From: Candidatus Sulfomarinibacteraceae bacterium
GTDB taxonomy: Bacteria > Acidobacteriota > Thermoanaerobaculia > Thermoanaerobaculales > Sulfomarinibacteraceae
Reading direction: 5' to 3'
DNA length: 64,000 nt
Assembly (NCBI GenBank): GCA_963796455.1
Contig: CAWCLO010000004.1
Coordinates: 480,001-544,000, forward strand
The notes under the pieces were generated by a model. It was not told the DNA's origin and did no database searches. It was given only the letters and a program-made list of their open reading frames with translations. Below are positions 1-10,467 of this stretch, in pieces. The stretch's first letter is position 1. Every line of letters starts with the position of its first letter. Made by a program: the position numbers and the translations under genes.

Positions 1-2
1 TC

Positions 3-620
3 CGAGCCGCCCTTGGGCTCGACGAGGTACATCTGTACGGCCATTCCTGGGGGACCATGCTGGCGGTGGACTCGTACCTCACCGGTGCTGACGGTATCCG
101 AAGCCTGATCCTCGCAAGCCCGGCCTTGAGCATCCAGAAGTGGGTCGAAGACGCCGACCGTCTGCGAGCCGATCTCCCTGAAGAGGTCCAACAGACTCTG
201 GCGGAACACGAAGAAGCCGGCACCACGGATTCTGAGGAGTATCTGGAAGCGACGATGGTTTTCTACCAGCGTCATCTCTGCCGACGGGAGGAAGCCTGGT
301 CGGTGCTCGGTCCGATTTTCGAGCAACTGAATATGCAGGTATACGGGACGATGTGGGGGCCGAGTGAATTTTTTGCCACCGGGGCCCTGTCAACCTACGA
401 CCGAAGCGGTCGGCTCGGTGAGATCTCGGTACCGACCCTTTTCACGGCTGGACGCTTCGACGAAGCCACGCCTGAAACGACGGGCTGGTATCAGAACCTG
501 GTCCCTGATGCCGAGTTGGTCATCTTCGAGGACAGCGCCCACATGACCATGCTCGAAGAGCCGGAACGGTACGTCGAGGTCATCAGAGATTTCCTGAAAC
601 GTGCCGAAGGCGGCCGCTGA
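3..620 (+). CDS. Proline iminopeptidase-type alpha/beta hydrolase (peptidase S33), 5'-truncated by window edge
   Basis: Frame open from base 3: RAALGLDEVHLYGHSWGTML (GxSxG nucleophile elbow), MWGPSEF, GRFDEATP, FEDSAHM (catalytic His). Confidence 0.85.
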   Translation, partial: RAALGLDEVHLYGHSWGTMLAVDSYLTGADGIRSLILASPALSIQKWVEDADRLRADLPEEVQQTLAEHEEAGTTDSEEYLEATMVFYQRHLCRREEAWSVLGPIFEQLNMQVYGTMWGPSEFFATGALSTYDRSGRLGEISVPTLFTAGRFDEATPETTGWYQNLVPDAELVIFEDSAHMTMLEEPERYVEVIRDFLKRAEGGR

Positions 621-996
621 AACACCAGCATTTACAGCAATACCAACCAGTTTGGACCAGAAAAACCGTTCATTCGGGCGATTGTGGCTGGCGGCAAGGG
701 GCCTGGGTGAATCAACCTTCGCCGAGTGAAACCAACTCGCGTCGCTTTCCCGTTCGTCTTTCTGCAACTACTGCCGCGCTGGGCCGTAAATTGAGAAAAT
801 GGTAGTTCGGATAGCAACTACCTGATCACTCATACAAAGGTCGGCGCCAGAATGGACATCCTCATCGCTTTTCGGGTTCTCCCGCCTCGACGCACTTTGA
901 TGGAAATTCTCGAAGCGCTTCCTCCACGGTGAATTAGGATTTCGGGACGATGGATCTGCCCCGCCGGACTTCCTTCTTGATCCGCGGTGGCCGCCG

Positions 997-3233
997 ATGA
1001 AGGGCCGCCACGGCGTGATTCAGTCAATTCTCGGTCTGAGCCTTTTGGCGGCCACGGTGTTGCACCCGAGAGTTGCAGCGACTGCCGAACCCCACGTTGT
1101 ACCGAAAATCGATGACCAGATTCGAATCGACGGTCTTCTCGACGACCCGGGCTGGAAGGAAGCACTGGTCCTCGAGATCGGTGTTGAGGTTCGTCCTGGA
1201 GAGAACATTCCTGCGCCGGTGCGGACCCAGGTTTCGATCTGCTTCAACGACCGTATGCTTTTTGCGGCATTTCGTGCCTTTGATCCCAACCCGGGCGCGA
1301 TCCGGGCCCGCTACTCGGACCGCGACAGATTGTGGAACGATGATTGGGTAGCTCTGGTCCTCGATACCTTCAATGACGAAAGACGTTCCTTCGAGTTCTA
1401 CGTCAACCCGCTCGGTATCCAGGCCGACTCGATCGAAACCGGCAATGAAGGTGGGGGGCCTCAGTGGGACGCGATCTGGGATTCTGCGGGGCGTATCGAC
1501 GGCGAAGGCTATGTGGTGGAAATTGCGATCCCCTTCAGTTCGCTCCGATTTCAACCCACCGGCGGCGAACAGACATGGGGATTCGATGCGGTCCGCAACT
1601 ATCCGCGCCTGGTGAGCCACGTCATCGGCCTCTTCCCACGCGATCGGAGCAACAACTGCTATCTGTGTCAGGCTGACAAAATCCGAGGGTTTTCCGGCGC
1701 CAGTCCCGGCCGCGCCCTCGAATTCGATCCGACAATTTCAGCCATCCACAGCGAAGAACGGGATCCTTTCCCCGATGGGAGCTTTCACGAGGTGGATTCC
1801 ACGATCGAACCAGGTCTGACGGCCCGCTGGGGTGTGACGCCGAACCTCAATCTGAGCGCCACCATCAACCCTGATTTCTCGCAGATCGAAACCGACGCCG
1901 CCCAGCTCGACATCAATACCCAGTTCAGCCTGTTTTATCCCGAAAAGAGGCCCTTCTTTCTCGAGGGATTCGACTACTTCCAAACCCCGTTGAATGCCAT
2001 CTACACCCGGACGCTGGCCAACCCCATATGGGGAGTCAAGGTGGCAGGGAAGATCGGACCCAGCGCCATCGGATTTTTCTCCGTTCGGGACGAGGTGACC
2101 AATCTGCTGTTTCCGGCGACGGAGGGGTCGTCCTCGACTCAATGGGACGCGCAAAGCACCGGGACCGTTTTCCGCTATCGCCACGACATCGGCGCATCTT
2201 CGACCATCGGAGCATTGATCACCGATCGAGAGGGGGATGGTTACTTCAATCGACTATATGGTGCCGACCTCGATCTTCGTTTCACCCCCAAGGACACCCT
2301 GTTATTGCAGGTGCTCGAATCGAAGACGAAATATCCGCTGCACATCGCCGAGGACCATGATCAGCCGGAGTCGGTGTTCGACGGCCGGGCGATCGACTTT
2401 CTCTATGCCCACCAGACCAGGAGTCACGAGATCTACGCCAAGTATCCGTGGGATCAGCCCGGGTTTTCGGGCAGATCTGGGATTCGTTCCGCAATACCGG
2501 GTTCAAGTTCTACGACACCGGATATCTGCATACATGGCAGCAGAACGACCCAACCCATTGGTACAACCGAATCCGAGTATGGCTGGGCTACGAACGCGAA
2601 GAGGACTGGGACGGCAACATGCTCCGCAGTGCTCCCGGGACCTTCGTCATGTACTTCGGTCCGTTCCAGTCCTTCCTGGTAGGAATCTTTTATTACGGTG
2701 AACAGACCTATCTGGGGAGGGAGTACGACGACCGGACCTACGACGTTCGGCTCACGTTTCAGCCCTCCCGCGACCTCGAGTTCGGTCTCCGCGTCGATGG
2801 CGGAGACGATATCGACTACGCCAACAATCGCCCGGGAAAAAGACTCAGGCTCGTGCCATCGCTGGATCTCTTTGCAGGTCGCCACCTTCGATTCGACTTC
2901 AGCCACATCTACGAACAGCTCGACATCGACGAAGGGCGTCTCTACACCGCGAACCTCAGCGAGCTCAGAACCATCTATCAATTCAACCGGCGGGCTTTCG
3001 TTCGTTTGATTCTCCAGTACACCGACTACGCCTTCGATGAGAATCTCTACGCCGACGGCCGGGACCCGGTCTTCCGACACCTCCTCACGCAGTGGCTCTT
3101 TACTTACAAGGTGAATCCGCGAACCGCCCTTTACCTCGGCTATACCGACAACTATCAGGCCGACAGCCGGATCGATTTGACGCAGCTCAATCGCGCGGCC
3201 TTTTTCAAGATCGGATATGCGTGGGTTCCTTAG
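997..3233 (+). CDS. Exported CBM9-like/DUF5916 domain protein; two apparent frameshifts (~2445 and ~2495)
   Basis: Signal peptide; IRIDGLLDDPGW, LDTFNDER, NPDFSQIETD, FYPEKRPFFLEG motifs. Continues through a short third-frame segment GISPGFRADLGFVPQ into ORF 2448-3233, ending FFKIGYAWVP. Confidence 0.75.
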
Positions 3234-3353
3234 CCTGACTCTTCCTCGGATGTTGACGAGCCTGCGATCCCCGTCAACCCAGCCTCCGCGAGACCTTCCA
3301 TGAGGTGGTCGGTCAAGGCAGGGGTGTTTCCTTGACGCTCGATCAACTCGGGG

Positions 3354-4799
3354 TCACTCTGCTGCAGCCGCGGATGCCCCGGGGATTTCCAGACGGTCCA
3401 CCGGTGCGGCGCTCTGCAACTCCCGAGCGGTGGTTCCTATGCTTTGACGGTGATATCGGCTCGGGACAACCATCAGCGAGGTCGGGAGCACATCTTCGAA
3501 ACGGCGAACGACTCGCAGCCACTGTTCGGCGCCAAGCCACCGGTGCATTTCGGTCAGCAGATTGCGCCACTCGACCGAATCGGGTTCGACGGCGTGCAAC
3601 AACGAATCGAGCAGGGAGAGGGTGTTTTCGATCGGCATATAGGAGGCAAGCACACCGATCAGATGCGGCCGCTCGAGAATGCACATTTCGTAGGCTCCCT
3701 CAAGCATTTCGAGGTGCTGCGCAAGCTCCAGTTCGGCGAGCACCGGCAGGAAATTGGCCTCCTCGTAGTCGAAGTGGGCGAATTGACCCTTGCGCAACAC
3801 GACGCATGTGGAGGCGAGAACCTTCAAGGAGTCGGCACGGGAACCCGGTGTTTCGCCGAGGGTCAGGTCGAAGAGTTCGAGGAGGGAATTCATCTCGGCC
3901 TCTTCGTGATCGTGTTGTCCGATGGCATCGGCGGTAAAACCGGGGTCGTTTCTGGCGGCGTCGAGAGCTGGAAACAGCAACAGGTTTTCGAGTTTGGCGT
4001 GGAGGGCCACCGCGCGGAACAACAAATAACAAAGATCGTGCGCTTCCTGAAGTTCGGAGTTGTCGCGATCCTCGCCCTCGGTGAGGGTCGAGGTACGGGA
4101 AACGACGTCGTCCCACATGGCGCGGAATCCGGAGTGGTGAAGACGTCCGACCTTCATCGGTTTTCCGTACTTTGCCTTTTTTGCATAGAACTGGCGCAGA
4201 AGGTGTCGTTGAGGAGCGATCTCGCGAAACGAGGGTCGGTTGACGATTCGATCCACCCAGGCATTGAAATCATCGTTTTCGAGAAAGATGGCGGGAACGT
4301 GGTCGCGAATCTCCACCATGAACGGGAGGCGGTACACGAACGGTGCGATATGGCCGTCGGCCTGGGAAAAATTATTGCCCCCGAGGTACGGCCCGCCACT
4401 CGCAGCGCGCACGAACTCGACCTTGTCGAGTGCTCGATCGAGTTTGTCGCGGAATTCCCGTTGGATGGGTGGCTTGCCGGCCAGGATGACCTTGGACATA
4501 CAGCGGAAGAGGGAATCCAGTGCATCCAATATTTCCGGATCACTTCGATAGGCTTCGCCCGCCTCACCTGCCTGGTCGATGAGATAGTCGACGATTTCTC
4601 TCGAATCCTGCAACAGCGGACTGCCGTCGGCTGGGGCGAAAACCGGCCACTCGCCGCCGGTGTTGGCTTCACGAACCGTCTCCGGGATATTCGGGTGATA
4701 CGCGACAGCGATATCCAATCCCATTTCGGTGGCCGCGATTTGTGCACGGTGGTTGAAGGGGCAAAGCGGCCCGTTGCTATAGAGAGTGCCGATGGTCAT
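3354..4799 (-). CDS. Glutathione S-transferase (Cys-type, CPF motif) fused to a C-terminal hemerythrin/HHE domain
   Basis: Start taken at ATG 4799. N-term LYSNGPLCPFNHRAQI...WPVF...QDSREIVDYL; GST-C GPYLGGNNFSQADGHIAPFVYRL; hemerythrin ligands HHSGFR, HAKLENLLLFPAL, HDHEE, HFDYEEANFLPVL. Confidence 0.75.
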   Translation of the reverse strand: MTIGTLYSNGPLCPFNHRAQIAATEMGLDIAVAYHPNIPETVREANTGGEWPVFAPADGSPLLQDSREIVDYLIDQAGEAGEAYRSDPEILDALDSLFRCMSKVILAGKPPIQREFRDKLDRALDKVEFVRAASGGPYLGGNNFSQADGHIAPFVYRLPFMVEIRDHVPAIFLENDDFNAWVDRIVNRPSFREIAPQRHLLRQFYAKKAKYGKPMKVGRLHHSGFRAMWDDVVSRTSTLTEGEDRDNSELQEAHDLCYLLFRAVALHAKLENLLLFPALDAARNDPGFTADAIGQHDHEEAEMNSLLELFDLTLGETPGSRADSLKVLASTCVVLRKGQFAHFDYEEANFLPVLAELELAQHLEMLEGAYEMCILERPHLIGVLASYMPIENTLSLLDSLLHAVEPDSVEWRNLLTEMHRWLGAEQWLRVVRRFEDVLPTSLMVVPSRYHRQSIGTTARELQSAAPVDRLEIPGASAAAAE

Positions 4800-4989
4800 C
4801 TGGTGCCTCCCGGCGGAACGATTTTTTGTGCGGTGTGATGAACAGGACGAGATTAGCATAATGAGTTGCAGTATCAGAATCAAAAAAACGATCCAGGCTT
4901 GCACGAATTGCTTCCGACCTTGTCGATCGCCGCATGCGGTTATGATTCGGGAGTTCAGCCGAAACGCGCGATCAGGAGAAGGAAGTGAC

Positions 4990-5814
4990 ATGCGAAGAAG
5001 GAGCACAATCACATTCGCGGGATTTCTTTCCGCCTTGCTCGCCCTGACCGCGTGTGCCGCGTCGTCGATCCCGGAGCCTCCTGCGCTCTGGATCGAACCG
5101 GTGACCGGGATGGAGTTTCTCTACGTCGTCCCCGCCCGGTTCACGATGGGCAGTGGTGAAGAGGTTCCGGGGCGTCAGATCGACGAGGTCCTCCATGATG
5201 TCAATCTGACCAGAGGTTTCTATCTCGGGCGCTTCGAGGTAACTCAAGAGGAATGGGTCGAAGTGATGGGGAACGACCCGAGTCAATTCTCCGCGTGCGG
5301 ATCTCGCTGCCCGGTCGAGACCGTGAATTTTTTCGACATCCAGCAGTTCATCCAGAGACTCGGTGAGCGCTCGGCGGGTCATCGATTTCGGCTTCCGACC
5401 GAGGCCGAATGGGAGTTCGCCTGCAGAGCAGGCACGACAACGCCATTCTCCACCGGCGAGAATTTGACGAGCGAGCAGGCGAATTTTGACGGGAAATATC
5501 CGTACGACGGCGCGCCGGCGGGTATCTTCCGAGGATCACCGGCGCCGGTCGGCAGTTATCCTCCCAATCCTTGGGGATTCCACGACATGCACGGCAACGT
5601 CTGGGAGTGGTGCCAGGATTGGTACGGGCCGTACCAGGAGGGTGAGGTCATCGATCCCCTCGGACCGGCGAATGGAGAGTTGCGGGTTATCCGAGGTGGA
5701 AGCTGGCTCTTTGACGGCAACAGTGCCCGTTCGGCGCTTCGCTACACCCATGCTCCCGAGGATGATGGATTCAGCCTGGGCTTCCGGCTGGTCAGAGAGG
5801 TCGGGGATCGCTGA
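4990..5814 (+). CDS. Formylglycine-generating-enzyme (SUMF1/FGE-sulfatase) family lipoprotein
   Basis: Lipobox LTAC; FTMGS, EVTQEEW, RLPTEAEWEFACRAG, PNPWGFHDMHGNVWEWCQD, RVIRGGSW, LGFRLV motifs. Confidence 0.9.
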   Translation: MRRRSTITFAGFLSALLALTACAASSIPEPPALWIEPVTGMEFLYVVPARFTMGSGEEVPGRQIDEVLHDVNLTRGFYLGRFEVTQEEWVEVMGNDPSQFSACGSRCPVETVNFFDIQQFIQRLGERSAGHRFRLPTEAEWEFACRAGTTTPFSTGENLTSEQANFDGKYPYDGAPAGIFRGSPAPVGSYPPNPWGFHDMHGNVWEWCQDWYGPYQEGEVIDPLGPANGELRVIRGGSWLFDGNSARSALRYTHAPEDDGFSLGFRLVREVGDR

Positions 5815-5826
5815 GTGCCTGGTCGA

Positions 5827-7146
5827 TCAAAAACGGATCGTGAGCCCCGACAACGCCCGCAGTTCCTCGTAGTCGTCGTGGTCGGTCCTTTCGACGACCA
5901 GGAGCAACGAGAAAGTGCGGCTGATGTTGGCGTTCATCGAGAGCGAGAACCGTTGACTCTCGGGCCGGATCTCGATCGTCCCGCCTTCGCCGTCGCGGTA
6001 CTGGAACACCGAAAGCGATGTCAGATAGTCCAGCGAAAGGTAGACCCTTGGACCGATGGTCTTGCCGAGCGAGACCCAGGTCGAGTCGTACTCCCGGTCG
6101 AGACGGTTGATTCGCGATGTGGAGGCGGAGAAATCGAGTCCGATCGCGCCGATGTTGTTGATCGACAGACCGAGATTGCTACGGTCGGCCCATTCGTCGT
6201 CGGAGTTGTTTCGGTCGCGGCCGTAGCCGACCCAGAATCGAACCCGTCGCCACGGGTTGATATTGACCCGCAAGCGGCCCGATTCAAAGAGCAGGCCCTG
6301 GAGCCGCTCCGGATCCACCGGACGGCCGTCCAGCACATCGTCGGTGATCGAACGGGCGTCGATGGAGCGGCCCCGGTGGTAGGTGCCCTGGAATTCGATC
6401 AGCCGCACCGGAGCGTAACGAATGTTGGTGAAAAAATAGCTGAGTTCGTTTTCCCCGAGACCCGCCGGGCCATCGATGTCGTACTCGAGGGCCTGATAGA
6501 AAAAGAACTTCCTTTTCACGGGGATGAAGTTGTTGAAGATCACTGTCGAGCGTTCGGTGAGTTCCTCGTTCCGGATGAGGACCCACCCGAGCACGTGGCG
6601 GCGGCCGTGCGCGGCATCGACGGCCGCGTAAACGCCGCCCTTGGTGATACCGTCCACAAAACCCAATTCGCGGATCTTTGGTTCAACGCCTGCAAAGAGC
6701 CCGAGCCGGAACTGGCCGAGGGAGGAGGCATGGCGAAAGCGGTATTCACCGGCCACGCCGGCAACGGCGCCGATACCGCCCATATCGCGTAGCCACATCT
6801 GGCCCAGACGAAGATTCCATTGATCGCCGGTGCTTCGATATCCGATCCACGCGTCGTAGACGGAAACCCGTTCATCGCGCCCCTCCTCGCCCGGGTAGGT
6901 GGCGATCCGTGTATCGAGGCCGAATTCGAAGTGTGAGGAAGGCTTCGGATCGGAGTAGAGCGAAAGGGTGGCGATCACTTCGGAAAAATCGTAACTCTCG
7001 CCCGCCACGAGGTCGCGGTCGGACCAGTTGTAAAAGAGGGCGAATCGTCCGTTGGCGGGAATCGCTTGAGCCGACACCGACTGGGCCGGTAACAACGAAA
7101 CCGATACCAGAACCAGAACAAAAAGAACCAGTCTGAACCTAGCCAT
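5827..7146 (-). CDS. Putative outer-membrane beta-barrel protein (cytochrome-associated porin candidate)
   Basis: Signal peptide; alternating hydrophobic/aromatic strands throughout; C-terminal ...LSGLTIRF ending in Phe; start overlaps the end of the upstream cytochrome gene. Confidence 0.7.
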   Translation of the reverse strand: MARFRLVLFVLVLVSVSLLPAQSVSAQAIPANGRFALFYNWSDRDLVAGESYDFSEVIATLSLYSDPKPSSHFEFGLDTRIATYPGEEGRDERVSVYDAWIGYRSTGDQWNLRLGQMWLRDMGGIGAVAGVAGEYRFRHASSLGQFRLGLFAGVEPKIRELGFVDGITKGGVYAAVDAAHGRRHVLGWVLIRNEELTERSTVIFNNFIPVKRKFFFYQALEYDIDGPAGLGENELSYFFTNIRYAPVRLIEFQGTYHRGRSIDARSITDDVLDGRPVDPERLQGLLFESGRLRVNINPWRRVRFWVGYGRDRNNSDDEWADRSNLGLSINNIGAIGLDFSASTSRINRLDREYDSTWVSLGKTIGPRVYLSLDYLTSLSVFQYRDGEGGTIEIRPESQRFSLSMNANISRTFSLLLVVERTDHDDYEELRALSGLTIRF

Positions 7147-9443
7147 GGCTCGGCCTCATCCGGAACACCGCGTCTTCTGGTTTTCGTCCGTCGGGGTGGC
7201 AGGAATAACAGGCAGCCGAGTCGTAAACATACCCGGTCTCGCCGTCGTGGTCGTCATCGGCATCACTGCGCGGGTGGCAACCGGCCGCGAGACAGTTGAA
7301 GATCCTGAAATTTGATGGATTGCGATGGCAATCGTCGCACTCTGTGCCCGCGTGTTTGCCGCTGTTGATCGGGAAATAGGTGTGATCAAAGGTTCCCTGG
7401 TTCCAGCTCGAGTCCGTTGCGCGGTGGCAGAGCTCACAGTCGGTCGGAAAACCGGCCGCAGCGTGGTTCGGGTTGTTGCTGCCGTTGTAGTCGTTCAGAT
7501 GGCAGCCGACGCAGTCGGTGGGCGTGCCGGCATAGATCTCCGCCCGAGTGGCATGAGGTGCAGTCGAGTGTGGCGTGGATCCCGACCAGGGAAAACGGGT
7601 GATCGAAGGATCGCACCCCCCACGTAGTGGGCTGGTGACATGCGTCGCAATCGGTGGGGAAACCGGCCGTCTGGTGGTTTGGGTCGGTGGTGGCGTTGTA
7701 GTCGTCGCGATGGCAATCGACGCACTGAGAGGGGAGGCCGGCATAGACGCCGCTGGAGTGACAAGTGCTGCATGGTTGGGCGGTGTGCGAGCCGACCAGC
7801 GGCCACACCGAGTGCGGGTAGTTTGCTCGAAACCAATTCGAGTCGGACTGTCTGTGACAGGTGTCGCAGTCGGTGGGAAAACCGGCCGCCGTGTGATTTG
7901 GGTTGTTGGTGGAGTTGTAGTCGTTGAGGTGGCAACCGACGCAATCGGTGGGCGTACCGGCGTAGACACCACCCGAGTGGCAATCAGAGCAGTCGAGTGT
8001 GGCGTGGACCCCGACCAGTGAATAGGGGTGGTCGACGGTAGCGCCCGACCAGGTGGTTGGTTGATGGCAGTTTTCGCAGTCTGTCGGGAATCCGGCCGAC
8101 TGGTGGTCGGGGTCATCGGTCGCGTTGTAGTCGTTGAGGTGGCAGCCGACGCAATCGGTGGGCGTACCAGCATAGACGCCGCCGGAGTGGCAGTTGGCAC
8201 AATCCAACGTCGCGTGGACACCGGCGAGTTGATAGGGATGATTGAATTCCGCGTCATCCCACGAGTTGTCCGCCTGGTTGTGGCAGGCGTCGCAGGTCGT
8301 CGGGAAAGCCGCGGCGCCGTGATCCGGATCGTTCGTGCCGTTGTAGTCATCCTGGTGACAGGTGAAACAGTCTTGTGGCGTTCCCACGTAGATTCCGCTG
8401 CTGTGGCACGCGGCGCAGTCGAGAGTCGCGTGCCGGCCGAGCAGGCGGTACCGATGCTCGAAATCTGCCCCCTCCCACGAACCATCGGTCGGGCGGTGGC
8501 ACGCATCGCATTGAGTCGGAAAACCGGCTGCAACGTGGTCGGGCTCTCGAGCGCCTTCGTAATCCTCGCGATGGCAGGAATAGCAGTCCTGGGACACGGG
8601 ACCGTCGAAGCGTCTTCCGGTGTGGCAGCCCTCGCAGCCCACGGTCAGATGCTGGGTGCCGACCCGAACACCCGTGTTCGCCTGATGGTTCCACTTCGCC
8701 GGGATCCAACCGGTCGGCTCATGACAGTCCTGGCATGCGGAACCGAGTCGAGCCCGGTAGGGGTCGTCTTGACGGCGGATCCAGTGGCAGTCGTAACAAT
8801 TCGTCGGTGTGCCTTTGAGAACGCCATTCCAATGACAGGATGCGCAGGGGACGGCCAGGTGGCGGCCTTCGAGCGGCAGCAGGGTCGATTTGTGAAATGC
8901 CCGCGAGGCATTTTTAAAATGGGTGTCCATCGAGTGACATGTGGTGCAATCCTCACCCAGCGTGCCTTGGTGGGCGTCCAGGTGGCAGGTGGAGCAATCG
9001 GGCGTCAGCTCGAGGAACGATCGCGTGGTGTGACATTTTGAACAATCGCCTGAAAAACCGCCGTGGTACCCCTCGAGGGCGAAGCCGGTTTCGTTGGCGT
9101 GATTAAAATCTTCCCGTTCGATGGGTCTGAGATCGGTGTCACGCCCCTGGTGCTCGACGTGGCATACGGCGCAGTCATCGGCCGAGGCCTCGCGATGGAG
9201 CCCTTTCCTGGCGGCGATGCGGTCACCAATCTGATCGTGGCAGACCAGACACCGATTGCCATCGACCTCGAGATCGTCGTTGTGGCAGCTGTCGCAGCTT
9301 TCCGGGTCTTCAAGGCTCTCGTGGGCCAGGCTGAGCCGACCGGGCATGAAATCGATGTCGTCTTCCTGGGCATGCACCAGAACGGTGAAAGCTATCAGGA
9401 TCGTCGCCAGAATGACCACCCGGGGTCCGTCCGACCGCCACAT
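7139..9443 (-). CDS. Large multiheme cytochrome c (~30 heme-binding motifs, ~767 aa after repairing one frameshift at ~7538)
   Basis: 25 CxxCH in ORF 7434-9548 plus 4 CxxCH and 1 CxxxxCH in the continuing frame (ORF 7139-8533). Signal peptide from ATG 9443 (...LIAFTVLVHA|QEDD); alternative start 9548. Confidence 0.92.
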
Positions 9444-9542
9444 TGAAGGTGCCGAGTGGCGATCGTCGTCAACGGTCGCAAATTCTTGTTCCGATCTCTT
9501 CAATGTCAGTCCTCGCTTGTTGTAGGAGTCGTACAATCTCAG

Positions 9543-9581
9543 TTTCACATATGAGCACTTGATTTAGTGCTCAGGTGAAAC
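9543..9581. promoter_or_regulatory. Inverted repeat upstream of the cytochrome operon (candidate operator)
   Basis: TGAGCACT-N6-AGTGCTCA perfect 8-bp palindrome at 9552-9573, flanked by GTTTCAC...GTGAAAC. Confidence 0.45.
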
Positions 9582-9710
9582 CGAGTCGCAAAAAACCAGA
9601 GGAAATCTCGACTCGGAGTGACCGGCATCACCCGCAAACCAGATGGGAGGCCCGTTCAACGGCGTACCGGGCTTCCGGGTATTGGGTGGATTCTCGAGAG
9701 TTTCTCAACC

Positions 9711-9880
9711 TTGTCCGAGACAGCATTCCGGACGGCGTCAGCGATCAGGGACGGAAAAAAGCAGACAGCGTCCGCGGACAGAAGTCAGCGGCAGCGTCCA
9801 AATATCAGCGCTAGCGAACAGCACTCACATCTTCGAATTCAACAGCCGCCAATCCATGGTACGGACCTGATCGAACGCTG
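9711..9880. repeat. Dispersed repeat, left-arm copy A, with small-gene 3' remnant
   Basis: Starts TTGTCCGAGA, CAGCG-rich; aligns with 35210-35395 including GAACAGCACTCA-ATCTTCG-TTCAACAGCCG...CGGACCTGATCGAA. Confidence 0.75.
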
Positions 9881-9969
9881 GCAGAAGCTTGCTGCCGGGA
9901 GGATTGTCTCGGGTTGATTCAGCAAGGGCCACTTGCCAGGGAGGGTGGCTGCTCGGGGACCGGGCCTTC

Positions 9970-10467
9970 CTATTCACCCTCCCAGTAGTCCAGCCTGCCG
10001 GCCTCTGAAAAGAAACCCCCAAAGGGTGAATCCTGCGGTCGCATGCCGGGTTTCCGACCGGCGACAACACCGAATTTTCCGGAATCGGGGTACTGGAAGA
10101 CATCGGTGTCGATCGTCGTACTCAGCGCGAGATAGCGGAGCTCCAGGTCTCCAGTGTTGATGAGTTGGTGCGCCACCTCCGGGCCACCAGGGGGGCAGGC
10201 GATCATGTCTCCCGAGCGGACCGGGAGATCCTGATCACCAAATCGCAGCACGCCGTTGCCGGTGATCACGAAGAAAAACTCTTCGTTGGTGTGGTGGTTG
10301 TGAAACGGGAAGGCACGTCTGCCCGGTGCCACCTCCGTCAGGTTGTACGAAAGTTTTTTCGCTCCAATCTGATTGCTGATCGGGGCGACTCTCGCGTCAA
10401 AACGATCACCATGACGGAGTTCGTGAACATACTCTGCGTCGTCGATGTTGAAAACCGGACCGGCCAT
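9970..10467 (-). CDS. Cupin domain protein
   Basis: AFPFHNHHTNEEFFFVITGNG and GPEVAHQLIN cupin motifs; YPDSGK...YWEGE tail typical of this family. Confidence 0.9.
   Translation of the reverse strand: MAGPVFNIDDAEYVHELRHGDRFDARVAPISNQIGAKKLSYNLTEVAPGRRAFPFHNHHTNEEFFFVITGNGVLRFGDQDLPVRSGDMIACPPGGPEVAHQLINTGDLELRYLALSTTIDTDVFQYPDSGKFGVVAGRKPGMRPQDSPFGGFFSEAGRLDYWEGE

Noticed and set aside
3444..4838. Long antisense or alternate-frame ORFs (e.g. 3444-4838, 5815-6792, 8028-9041, 26402-27556, 36098-37684, 50901-52103, 61450-62604)
   Set aside because: Shadow ORFs opposite well-supported genes in high-GC DNA, with no recognisable motifs.
4990..5814. FGE-family gene as part of the cytochrome operon, or as a true formylglycine-generating enzyme
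   Set aside because: It is convergent with, not co-transcribed with, the barrel gene, and it lacks the catalytic CxxxxC motif after RGGSW.
5827..9443. Naming the pair mtrA/mtrB
   Set aside because: Heme count, module pattern and the shorter barrel (439 aa) do not match decaheme MtrA or MtrB; only the gene arrangement is analogous.
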